A DNA stretch of 63,953 bases, the filler included, from Globobulimina sp. (lineage: Eukaryota), in the NCBI GenBank assembly GCA_003354225.1. It is 28 parts of 28 records of this genome, joined end to end, with 100 filler letters (N's around TTAATTAATTAA, not from the genome) between each part and the next. Parts side by side here need not be neighbours in the genome. Positions count along the whole stretch, not along the records: positions 11,446 to 13,634 come from PIVH01008319.1; positions 13,735 to 15,923 come from PIVH01008320.1; positions 16,024 to 18,211 come from PIVH01008321.1; positions 18,312 to 20,499 come from PIVH01008322.1; positions 20,600 to 22,787 come from PIVH01008323.1; positions 22,888 to 25,075 come from PIVH01008324.1; 22 more parts are not named here. One strand, given 5' to 3'. This document shows, in pieces, positions 11,880 through 23,037 of this stretch (positions are counted from its first letter, which is position 1; each line of letters begins with the position of its first letter). A program made the translations under genes and the position numbers. A model generated the notes under the pieces. That model was not told where the DNA came from and ran no database searches. It saw only the letters and a program-made list of their open reading frames with translations.

Positions 11880-12800
11880 TGTTTTGCTTCTATCTCGCAG
11901 ACTAGATAACTTGATTAACAATAAGGCTATTTAACCACGTTCGAATGGTGCGTACCGATCGGGCCCTTCTATATTTTATAGTGGCGGTTGCCGTCAAATA
12001 TGGCTTTACGTGCTATATTTTTTTACCTGGCTGAGACAAGAAATTAGTCCTGAGTATTATGTGAAATATTTTATGATCTTTTGCCGCATTAATTAACGTG
12101 TAAAATTGTCGATACAGACTGTATGCAACCATTACGAAAACAGACTAAACTAGGTCGTTCAGCTATGTAACATTACTCGATCGCATGAGCCCGTTTTGTA
12201 TATGTTTCATAATTGGCGAGATTATATAAAACCGCTTGATTACTCTATCTCTAAGATCTATTTGAACAGCTGCTTCTGGAATTGAAAACCCAGAGCTGTT
12301 GTTCTTATAGATTTTGCTAATTTTACTGACTTCATGAAATAATTTATCTTTTGTTGAAATTTTAGATTTCAATGTAGTGTTTAATCTGATCCTAGGAAAT
12401 ATGTCGACATTGTAACTATAACGTTGATGATATGTTCGAACTCTTTAACGAGTTAGCAAATATTGTAAATATATCGTTTTTGCTTCCGTATTTTCATGAA
12501 ACGACCCCAAATTGTTAAAAACCAAATCTTAGCTGATAAATTAAATATCAGCTTGGTATTACATTATTGAGTTATTGCTTCAATAACTTCAGCAATTGAT
12601 TGGACGATTTTGTGTCCAATAGCTTTGGCCAATGCAGGAGGTACTGCATTGCCAATTTGGCTTATAGCACGTCAACCAATATTTGACGGCAAACCCCGCT
12701 ATAAACTATATTGGGGCCGATCGGTACGTACCTCTCGATCGTGGTTAAATACCATTATTTTTAAATTAATTTATCTAGCCTGCGAGACAGAAACAAAACT
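11880..12800. repeat. Imperfect inverted repeat pair, ~140 bp arms (11880-12017 and 12664-12800)
   Basis: gttttg.ttct.tctcgcag.ctagataa...tatttaaccacg.tcga...cgtaccgatcgg.ccc...ttgccgtcaaatat...acgtgctata on + and on -. Confidence 0.8.
12564..12659 (-). pseudogene. C-terminal fragment (motif X) of a C5 cytosine DNA methyltransferase
   Basis: Manual translation QIGNAVPPALAKAIGHKIVQSIAEVIEAITQ*; in-frame stop a few codons upstream, inside the inverted repeat arm. Confidence 0.7.
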
Positions 12801-13935
12801 AGCTACTGACAGCATTTACTATAACGTGATCGATCTCGTTCTGATCGTAGAGACGTCTGCCGCAAGGCGACAGAAACTATCGAGTCAGACATTTTAAAAA
12901 ATATCTCTTGTTAAAATGCTCAACTCGCGTTATGAATAGCTCTGTTGTTGTATGTATTACTGATAACGTAATAAATATACGTCTAAATACTCGTAAAATT
13001 CATAACGTTTACATATATACATTCCGGTACTAATTATTTAAGTCAAATAATTAAAGAGTTCAGCATGATTACAGAAATATTGGTCTGATAGTCTGTTTCT
13101 AGTGTTTAACATTTAGAAACTGTTATTACTGTAAACGTAGCGATTATTTTATGGTGTTCATAATATATTGGGTTTGTTTAGCTTCTTTTTTTGGTTCCGA
13201 AATCAATTACTGATATCTATGTTTTTAATTTCAGCTCCGACCGATTATTGTTGGTCGAGTTATGGCTATTTTTATACTTTCGAATTTATAGTCCGACCGG
13301 GCCGTGAAATGTAATTTACTGTGCTAAATTTTAGTCCCGATTCGACATTTTGGAAAAAAAATTGTATTTCAATTTTCGGCTCGATCGGGCAAATATTAGC
13401 CGAGTTACGGCTATGACACGTTTTTGGGTCGATTTATTCCTGATCCGGCCGTTGTATGTTTAGTGTAAGTTAGATACAGTAACCGTTTTGGTGCCGGACC
13501 TCGTTTTACCGTATTATATCGAGTATCGATATCAGTGTTTTTAGCATCTTTGGGGAGAAATAATAATTTATCCAGTTCCGGGTGCATTTTCGATAATCGT
13601 ACTAACTGTTGTCGCATTTCTTAAATAAATAAACNNNNNNNNNNNNNNNNNNNNNNNNNNNNNNNNNNNNNNNNNNNNTTAATTAATTAANNNNNNNNNN
13701 NNNNNNNNNNNNNNNNNNNNNNNNNNNNNNNNNNCCTGCTCTGGATTGATCCTTGCACTCTTAATTATAATTTATGTCAACTGAGTTTAAATATTAGTTT
13801 ACACAAAATCAGGACAATGGCAACATGTGTGTTGCGTGCAATATTATATACAATTAAACAATAATTCTGCACCAAATAGACAGCGGCAGTCAACAAATCA
13901 ATGACAGCGACGAATCAAAAGACAATGAAAACAAA

Positions 13936-14667
13936 ATGCAAGATTATGATCATCGAAATGATATGCAAAGAGTGCGCATAATTTGCATATCAGACACGCA
14001 CAATGGACATAATGCATTAACAATGAAATTGAAAAATTTATATAAATCGGAAAGAGATATATTAATCCATTGTGGAGATATGACAAATAGAGGAAGGAAA
14101 TCTGAACTCAGTAAAATAAACAAATGGTTTGGAACATTGCCGTATAAGAAATCAAACATCTTTGTGATTAGTGGCAATATGGATGGATTAGGTCTTGATG
14201 ACAGCATTAAAAGTTATAATATCAAAGGACATGAAATATTTACAAATGCAACATATTTACAACACGAATTGCATACTATTCCACACTTAAATAATTTGAA
14301 AATATTTGGTACGCCATATACGCCTAAATTTGTCGGTGGATTTCAGTTAAAAAATGGAAGAGAGTCAAAGCAAATATTTGATACTATCCCGAAGGACATT
14401 GATATATTGATCAGCCATGGTCCACCATATAAGATATTGGACAGAACATCAAGGAATATGCATGTCGGTGATATGTATTTGCATAATCGAGTGATAAATG
14501 TCATTAAACCAAAAGTAATGGTATTTGGCCATGTCCACGAGTCATTTGGACAAATAACAAAATCAAATATCACATTTATCAATGCGGCGCAACACAATGG
14601 CATACATTTGAAAAATAAATCTGTGTCTCCGATCGTGTTTGAGTTTGATGTTAATGCTAAATTATAA
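13936..14667 (+). CDS. Calcineurin-like metallophosphoesterase (MPPED/239FB-like)
   Basis: ISDTH, IHCGD, SGNMD, ISHGPP, FGHVHE motifs. Confidence 0.9.
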   Translation: MQDYDHRNDMQRVRIICISDTHNGHNALTMKLKNLYKSERDILIHCGDMTNRGRKSELSKINKWFGTLPYKKSNIFVISGNMDGLGLDDSIKSYNIKGHEIFTNATYLQHELHTIPHLNNLKIFGTPYTPKFVGGFQLKNGRESKQIFDTIPKDIDILISHGPPYKILDRTSRNMHVGDMYLHNRVINVIKPKVMVFGHVHESFGQITKSNITFINAAQHNGIHLKNKSVSPIVFEFDVNAKL

Positions 14668-14775
14668 AGTATTTTTTAACGCAAAATCCTTTTCATTCGA
14701 GTGAAGCCATAGTAGTAAAGCAGCAATCCTCTCTTGTCTGTTCCTGAAAGTTCTACTAATAAAAGAAATAAAATA

Positions 14776-15259
14776 ATGTCTGAAGAATTATCCAAAGCAA
14801 TAGCTCGCGCAGAAGCAGCAGAGAAAGAGCTTGCGTCCATGAAAAAACAGAATGAGCAATTTGAACAATACTATGGTTTATCTCGCGAGGAATTGGTAAA
14901 AAAATTAAAACAAATCCGAGAATTGGTTCAAACCGACATGCAAAAAATGCAAGATCAAGAAGCTGAAATTAAAAGACAAAAAGAAATGATGCAACATATT
15001 CGTACACAATTACAAGAAGTTAAAAAGGAATTACTTGTTTCCGGTGCACGGTTAACGCCACAGCAATTTCGGGATGCTCTAAAGGGATATTTACAAGATA
15101 TCCGTGCGCAAATTGTTGCAGGTTTGTGTTATACATATTATGTGGCTATGTATTAATATCTATAAAATTCTACTTTCTTTTTGCAATACATGCGAATTTG
15201 CGTCATAATGAATTGTAATTTCTATGCCATTTTACACAGAACAACAGCAAAAGAAATAA
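14776..15259 (+). CDS. Small coiled-coil protein (probable intron 15122-15239)
   Basis: E/K/Q-rich heptads; GT..AG removal gives ...IVAEQQQKK*. Confidence 0.55.
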
Positions 15260-16023
15260 AATATTTATCAATCTAAAACACTCAAATCCTCCAAACACAA
15301 AACATGTAAAAACACAATTTAATATTCAATTGGTTTATGAGTTGATTTTATGTTTGATTGATTCTTTGTATTTTTTTTTTATTATTATATTCGTATATTA
15401 ATCATTTGTCTTAATATTTATAGATATGTACGTTAATTTTTTCTTTTTTGCTAAATATTACCTAATTTGACTCATGATGTTAATTTACTTAATTAATCCT
15501 TGCACTTCGCACATTCTCACTTGTTTGTTTCTGCGGTGCATGTTATTCTTGCAGAAACACTAATTTTTTGTTGCTAAAAAGAGGTTTTGGGTCATCTTTA
15601 CAGTACACAACAGTGACAACACCTAATATTTTAAACACCATTTGCAGCAGATCTCGCCGTCCGCGTAGTCCCTATTCGATATTAAACATTACGAAGAACA
15701 AAGTGGAAAAAAAGAAGTGAATTTGCATAGAGTTTCAAGGAGGATTGTTTTTCGCGAAACATACATATATAAAATTAATCAAATATAAAACAAAAATACA
15801 AGTCCGGTATTTTTATAGCAATATCAAATGTCAAAAACATGAATTAATTTAAACACCAGCTTCAGTTTTCTCTTCGCATAACTCCTTCTCCGACGCTTTC
15901 ATCAACGCTTTAATATCATCCCCNNNNNNNNNNNNNNNNNNNNNNNNNNNNNNNNNNNNNNNNNNNNTTAATTAATTAANNNNNNNNNNNNNNNNNNNNN
16001 NNNNNNNNNNNNNNNNNNNNNNN

Positions 16024-16293
16024 GAGACGTTTTAAAAGGCCTTCTTCAATGAAACTGAAGGGATAAGGTAGTTTAAAATCCTTTTAAAACAGCCTTCTGA
16101 AATGGACAATGTAGGGATAAAGTAGTTTTAACGCCTTTTTAAATGGCCTCCTTAAAGAGAAAATATCGGGAGAAGGTGGTTTGAAAGCCTTTTTCAAAGG
16201 TCTCTCAAGAAAACATGTAGGGATAACGTAGTTTGAAAGCCTTTTCAAAAGGCTTTCTTAAAGGGAGCATGTCGGAAAAGGTAGTTTCAAAGT
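16024..16293 (+). repeat. Degenerate tandem repeat, ~53-54 bp unit, about 5 copies
   Basis: GGGATAAGGTAGTTT-like core at 16060, 16114, 16168, 16220 and 16274. Confidence 0.8.
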
Positions 16294-17661
16294 TTTCCCA
16301 ACACGGATATTTGCGCATTGTTTGTTGAATATATTTTGAATGTTGTCATTATTCTTGAATACTTTACAATCATTAAAGCTGGAACTCAGAAGCCATATAG
16401 CATACAGCCAACCAGATTGCTTTTGGATTATGTAATAATTGGCATGTAATTGCAATTTAAGTGTCACCAACATAGATAGTAATGAATCAAACATATCATT
16501 ATCATCTTTAGAGTTTGCTTGTATCGTATATGGAGAGCCAGTATTTGGCTTTTTATCAAAATCATTGAATATAACCTCACCAAACACATATCTAATCTCC
16601 CTATTTTTATACGCTGTATCTCGTATTATAGCAGTTACATTTTCATCTTCCGAGCTCACAATCAAACTGTTAATATTTAATTTATTATCGACAACCATAT
16701 CGTAGGCGGCCTGTAACCATTTCACAGCACTCCAACATGCCATTTCATGCCGACATTTATCTGAGCCTCTAATTGGTAGAGACATTGTAGTGTTTGCTGA
16801 TATCCATTTATATCGATCCCGTAATAAATCATTAATTTGTGTATCGATCAATGCATAAATATCAGGCTGAAGATTCAAAAAAAAGTATGAATGCAACATT
16901 GCATTGAATTCGAAATAATTGATATGTTTCCACTGTTTCACTTCGATGAGTTGCTTTGTTAATTTCTTGTTATAATATGTTGCAAAAAAACAATATCCTT
17001 TGAAGACTGAGAGTTGCAGCCAATAAATAATTTTGTAATTTGCTGTGATAGCTTCGAATTTATCGATACTATCAATTTTATCATCTATCCATTGAGCACA
17101 TGTATACATATCGATTGTTAATGTATTCTCTTTATATTTTTCCAACATCTCTTGAACTTGTTCGTTATTTAAATTTGAATGTTTTTTGAAAAAGCAATTG
17201 CGACCCTTTCGGTTGTTGCATTTAAATGGAATTGTTTTTCCGTTGGATTTTTTCAACCATTTCCAATGTTTTGATTTTGGATTTGAAAACAAAAACTTTC
17301 GATTTGATGCAATTGATAATGTCAATAGAGGATGAATCACATTTATTTTTGATGTTAACCCCCAATGATCGAAGTTCTCCACAATAAAATATCTGTCATT
17401 TTCATTATCTGCTCTAAATTGGAGGTCATTAAAGTCATTCAATGGCTGCAAATACTTTCTTTTGTCAAATTTGTTATTTAATTCGCCACAAAATCCTATA
17501 TTGGTTATTGGAGATTTTGACTCCAGCTCAGTTGTACTGGAAGTTATAAGAATTTCTGTACTATTCAGTGCTGTGAATATGTTCAGCAGCAGATTGAGTG
17601 CAAATATAGTCACCAACAAATAGAACACTCTCTTGCTGTTCCGGTGATTAGGAGAACTCAT
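16258..17661 (-). CDS. Type II membrane glycosyltransferase, alpha-1,6-fucosyltransferase (GT23/NodZ)-like; last residues derive from the tandem repeat
   Basis: N-terminal TM helix; WGLTS, SLPIRGSDK (cf. HVRRTDK), IVSSED, QSGW motifs. Confidence 0.6.
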   Translation of the reverse strand: MSSPNHRNSKRVFYLLVTIFALNLLLNIFTALNSTEILITSSTTELESKSPITNIGFCGELNNKFDKRKYLQPLNDFNDLQFRADNENDRYFIVENFDHWGLTSKINVIHPLLTLSIASNRKFLFSNPKSKHWKWLKKSNGKTIPFKCNNRKGRNCFFKKHSNLNNEQVQEMLEKYKENTLTIDMYTCAQWIDDKIDSIDKFEAITANYKIIYWLQLSVFKGYCFFATYYNKKLTKQLIEVKQWKHINYFEFNAMLHSYFFLNLQPDIYALIDTQINDLLRDRYKWISANTTMSLPIRGSDKCRHEMACWSAVKWLQAAYDMVVDNKLNINSLIVSSEDENVTAIIRDTAYKNREIRYVFGEVIFNDFDKKPNTGSPYTIQANSKDDNDMFDSLLSMLVTLKLQLHANYYIIQKQSGWLYAIWLLSSSFNDCKVFKNNDNIQNIFNKQCANIRVGKTLKLPFPTCSL

Positions 17662-17896
17662 CGTGTGTTGATGCAGTTTTTTTAATATATTATCTTGACT
17701 AGCTTACTCCGTGAAACAAGAATACTAAGATTAAAACCAGCTTAAATGAATGATTTTGTCCTTGACTTGCATTAAAAGCTCCGACAACAAATAATTAAGG
17801 GCAGAAACGTTGCTGATCTCACTTTTAAATCAATCATACACAAACAAACAAACACGCTCAGTCATGGGATCACATTGGTTATTAAATCACAAGCAC

Positions 17897-18092
17897 AATC
17901 CAACATATTTAATGGCACAACAAAACAATGGATTTGTCAATGTATTATTGGTCAAACAAAAGGTAATTGATGTAAACCTTGTATTAGTACATAAAATAGC
18001 TATTAGTCTATTACCTGTAATAAAACGAACCACGCCACGAATAATACATTGACAAATCCATTGTTTTGTTGTGCCATTAAATATGTTGGATT
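17897..18092. repeat. Perfect 53-bp inverted repeat with 90-nt spacer
   Basis: 17897-17949 is the exact reverse complement of 18040-18092. Confidence 0.9.
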
Positions 18093-18311
18093 CGTAGTGT
18101 TGATAGGTGGTGAGAACACCCATTTGACACGCGTGCGTTAGAACCACTTTAGAAACATGCTGCAGTGATCACGCTGTCGTGACAACGGGTGTTTGTAATT
18201 ATTTTGTATACNNNNNNNNNNNNNNNNNNNNNNNNNNNNNNNNNNNNNNNNNNNNTTAATTAATTAANNNNNNNNNNNNNNNNNNNNNNNNNNNNNNNNN
18301 NNNNNNNNNNN

Positions 18312-20499
18312 AGCGTATTAATAATGTGATATCATTGAAAAATGTGCAGTTTTCATGGGATGATAAAGGTCATCAAATGGCATTATTCAATATCACCGTT
18401 GATTTTAAAGCAAATAGTTTGACGATGATCATTGGCGAAACAGGTGCTGGTAAATCAGCGTTATTGCGTGGCATTTTAGGTAATTTGACAAAGATCCGTG
18501 GTCATGTAATTTATAACGATCATATACAGATTGCATACAGTTCGCAGGTGGCATGGATACAAAACGAAACCATACGGAATAATATATTATTTGGCGAGAA
18601 GTATGAAAAAACATTCTATGACGCTGTGGTCCACGCTTGTGCCTTGGAAGACGATTTACAAATGTTTGCCGACGGCGATCACACAGAAATTGGCGAAAAG
18701 GGAATTACTTTATCAGGTGGCCAAAAACAAAGAATATCATTAGCGCGGGCAGTATATTCCAGTGCTCACGTTTACATATTTGACGATCCACTGTCTGCGG
18801 TCGACTCTGAAGTCGCAAACCATATCTTCAATGAATGTTTGATTGGTTTATTAAAACACAAAACAATCATATTAGCCACGCACGCGGTGTCATTCTTGAA
18901 ATATGCCGATAATGTGTTGGTTATGGAGCAGGGCAGAATAGCATTACAGGGGCAATTAGAGGACTTAGTTGAGGCAAAAGTAAATTTAACAAGATTTATT
19001 TTACATAAAGAGGCAGGGTCAGAAATAACATGCGATGATGAAAAAACGAGTGCGAAAATATATTCATCTCCGACACTGAAAGCTGAGGCTAACAAAGCTG
19101 GGGATTTACATCATTTAATTGAAGAAGAAGAGCGTGAAGCGGGTATGGTGTCTGATGCTGTGTATTGGTTATACGTGAAAGCAGCGGGCGGAGTGGGTTT
19201 ATTTTGGTTATATGCGTCATTCATGACATTGTCTGCGGCGGTTACTGTTTTCGCGTCATTTTGGTTAGCATTCTGGTCGAGTAATGAGGCGGATAAGACT
19301 CGATATTACAGAAGAAAGCCAGAATGGTGGTATTTGAAAATATATGGTCTGATTCAATTAATTATATTAGTACTGATAATTTGCACTGCCATCATGACCT
19401 TAGTGATTCAAATGAATGCGTCCAAATATTTGCATCAAAAGTTAATCTCAAAAATATTACGTGCGCCAATGTGCTTTTTCGATACTACTCCCATTGGCAG
19501 AATAATCAACAGATTTTCACGTGATATGAATGCAGTGGATATGGCGGTTCCTGCCTCGTTTTATCTGACTTTGCGTATTGGTATCTCGTTAATTTTCGTA
19601 GTGTTGGCGGTTTGTGTGGTGACGCCCTATTTTTTTGCCATTTTAATACCATTAGGCTTTGGCTATTATTACTTACAGGAATATTACATTCGCGCATGTA
19701 GAGAATTGCGCAGATTGTCCACTTTACAAAATTCACCAATCTTGTCGCATTTCAGCGATTCCATTGATGGGGTTGACATAATACGCGCATTTGGAAAAAC
19801 AGACTCATTTGTTACCAAAACTAAACATTTAATCGACTGTGATCACGCTGCTTATTATCCATCCTTTGCAGGGAGTTGGTGGCTATCTGTGCGCTTACAA
19901 TTCATTGGAAATTGTCTAATTGGCTTTGCTGCGCTCTGCTGTGCCATATTGAAGCCGTCTGCTGGCTATGTAGGTGTTTCATTGTCGACTATAATGGTGG
20001 TTGGCTATGCTTTGGCGCTCTTTGTCAAACAAAAAGCTCGGTTGGAGCAAGATATTGTTTCTGTGGAAAGAATTTATCAATATTCCAATAAAAATGCGGT
20101 GGAGGAAAAAGCATACATTTCAGCAGAAAACAGACCAAATAAAAGTTGGCCGCAACATGGTTCCATTTCGTTCAACAATGTGTTTATGAAATACCGGCCC
20201 GAATTGGATTACGTATTTGCTGGGATAACTTTTAATATATTTGGTGGGGAAAAGGTTGGCGTGATTGGTCGAACCGGCGCAGGCAAATCGTCATTGTTTG
20301 TTTGCTTATTACGAATTGTCGAGATTGAGCAGAATGGCACGATGGTAATTGATAATGTTGATATTGCAAACATTGGTTTACGCGATTTGCGACAAAGAAT
20401 ATCTGTGATCGCACAGGATCCCGTTCTATTCACTGGCACTGTGAGATTTAATTTAGATCCATTTCAAGAAAAAAGCGATGACGAATTGATTGAAGCACT
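18312..20499 (+). CDS. ABCC/MRP-family ABC transporter, internal fragment (NBD1-TMD2-NBD2)
   Basis: GETGAGKS, EIGEKGITLSGGQKQR, FDDPLSAVD, FFDTTPIGRIINRFSRD, SVERI, GRTGAGKSS, QDPVLF. Confidence 0.97.
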
Positions 20500-20599
20500 N
20501 NNNNNNNNNNNNNNNNNNNNNNNNNNNNNNNNNNNNNNNNNNNTTAATTAATTAANNNNNNNNNNNNNNNNNNNNNNNNNNNNNNNNNNNNNNNNNNNN

Positions 20600-20808
20600 G
20601 GTAAAAATATGGAGGAAAATAATTTATAGAAATCAAAATTATTGTTATTATTTTTATGTGTAACATTATTGTTATTTATTGGCACTTTCTTCCATTCACC
20701 ATTCGAGACAGAGAAAATTATCTCTTGGTTAACATCATCTTTTTTATTGGAGATTACTTTGTCATTATCATCCAATACTAAGTTAGTGAATGCAACTTGT
20801 TTTGCCAT
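20600..20808 (-). CDS. Hypothetical protein, 5' fragment
   Basis: ATG-initiated open frame running into the linker. Confidence 0.4.
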
Positions 20809-20884
20809 GATCTGACTTTAGCTGAAGTTTTTAGAGTTAATTTTGTATGCCAATAAATTGGTTATAATACAAATAAATTATAAT

Positions 20885-22406
20885 TTAAGAAAAAGACGTA
20901 TCAATTTTGGCCAAAACAAGTAATATCGGCATGAGATTCACAAACGTACCTAAAATAATGCATATTATGACCCAAGTTTGTATTTTTATTTTGTTGGATA
21001 ACTTGAATTTTTTATCCACAACCTGCTTTACAATTTGTTGCATCACATTTTGTAATTCTTTTCGACTAAAATTTTGAATCACTCTTTGCTTGCCATATTC
21101 ACCCATTTTTAATGTTAATCCTTTATTGTCAACAAATTGTTTCATTGCCTCGACCCATTCAGTTTGATCCTCATTTTGTTGACATAAAAAGCCAGTTTTT
21201 GTATGAATAATTGTCTCCAATGGACCACCACTTTTCTGTGCAATGACAGGTCTCATTGCTAACATTGCTTCAATTGGAACAATCCCAAAATGTTCATTTT
21301 GTGGCGTATATATCACACAACAACACTCTTTCAATAATTCTTCTTTTTCCTTATCTGCAAATTTTGTAACAAAATAAACAGAAACTGAGGCATCGATATA
21401 CTTTCTATCTAAAAACAGTATATTTTCATCCATTTTTTCATCATTAGCTTGTGATTGCAAATTAATAAACTGATATTTTAATTTCATTTCATTACAAAGC
21501 TCAATTAACTCTGAAAAATACTGTTTATTTTCAAGCACTCTCTCATCATAACCTCCAGCAACAATTAATTTGATATTTTGTATTATTTTTTCATTTCTCT
21601 TCTCATTTTGTAAAGTAATAAATAGTTTATTTAATGCTTTGATAGCGATATCAATTTGTTTCTTTCTTTCATAACGATTGATGGATAAAAATGTAATTCG
21701 TTTGTTTTGTTTGTGATTATATTTATAAATAGAATGGAATTGATTGATATTAATTGCTGGATAAACAACTTTTGGTTGTAAAAATGGCATTTTTTTTAAC
21801 AATGGAAACGTTTTTAAGACAATTTGTTTTGTATATTGTGAGTTAACTAATAATTCATCGCAATTTACAGTTGTGATGCTTTCAAACCAATCAATTAAAA
21901 CTCTATATTTCTTATTTAAATTTAAAAATGAGGCTTTTTTATTTCTATTTTGCACCAATAATAAATCTGGATGGTGACAATAATAAATAACTTTTGTTTT
22001 TTGGTTTTTTAATTTTAAAAATGGAATGACTGCGGCGACCTGGTCAATGAATATAATGTCATAATGAACATTGCTCCATAACACACGTAAGGAACACCAT
22101 AGCATTCGATAGATGGACAGTAATGCATGACATTTACCAAATATATGACGTGGGATCCAATCACCATAAACTTCAATATTATTTCCTAAAATATCTATTT
22201 TTTTGGGTGATTGTGTGTGATTATAATACAAGAATATAATTTATCATACTTTCATCGGTTGTTTCATCAAAAGCTCTATTCCGATCGTGATGTGATGTGT
22301 AAATTGTTATGTGATGACCGTTTGCTTTCAATGCAATTGCTTCATCAATGGTTTGTCTCTCAGCACCACCTTGACCCAAATCCAAATGAACGATTGCTAT
22401 TTTCAT
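20885..22406 (-). CDS. ALG2: Alpha-1,3/1,6-mannosyltransferase (GT4), intron 22195-22249
   Basis: HLDLGQGGAER, HHD....FDET, VYGDWIPR, LSINRYERKK, AGGYDERV.EN, YTPQNEHFGIVPIEAM, SGGPLET. Confidence 0.93.
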
Positions 22407-23037
22407 AGAGTACTAGTGAAGTTTTTTTTTTCCTTTTTTCATTTCTGAAGAGCAATAAACACAATTTAAAGATACAATCATGATGAAGCTAATAATAATT
22501 TGTAGCATCTTGTTGATCTGTTTGACGCAGATGCAATTATTGCATGGATCCATGACGCAAGCGTTAGTGCGACAGTATTCACCTCTTTTCGGTATTCGAA
22601 TGAGCGTGCCAGGAAACCGTATTGATCGGGATATCGCATCTACGGGGTTATCATCATCAATATCAATACCAACATCAAGAGAAACAACACCATCTCACCA
22701 TGCATCGCCTTCAAGTGTGTATTTACATCTTATCTTCGTTTCTGACTCAATAAAATACAAATACTCAGGACCTCTGACTGCAAACGANNNNNNNNNNNNN
22801 NNNNNNNNNNNNNNNNNNNNNNNNNNNNNNNTTAATTAATTAANNNNNNNNNNNNNNNNNNNNNNNNNNNNNNNNNNNNNNNNNNNNGTCTTCTTTACTG
22901 AATTTACGGTTGACAAATAAACTGTTTTTTGAAGTTATTGTTTTTTAATTTCGTAAAGTAAATGTCTTTAAAATAAGCGAAATTCAACTCCTAAATATAC
23001 ACTATATTTCCATCTTCTAATCGTTAAAGCATACTCA

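Noticed and set aside
16024-16293. CRISPR array
   Set aside because: Cores are degenerate, the would-be spacers resemble one another, and there is no cas gene
22480-22787. Secreted-protein-like ORF as a confident gene call
   Set aside because: Plausible signal peptide, but truncated, probably intron-interrupted and without a recognisable domain
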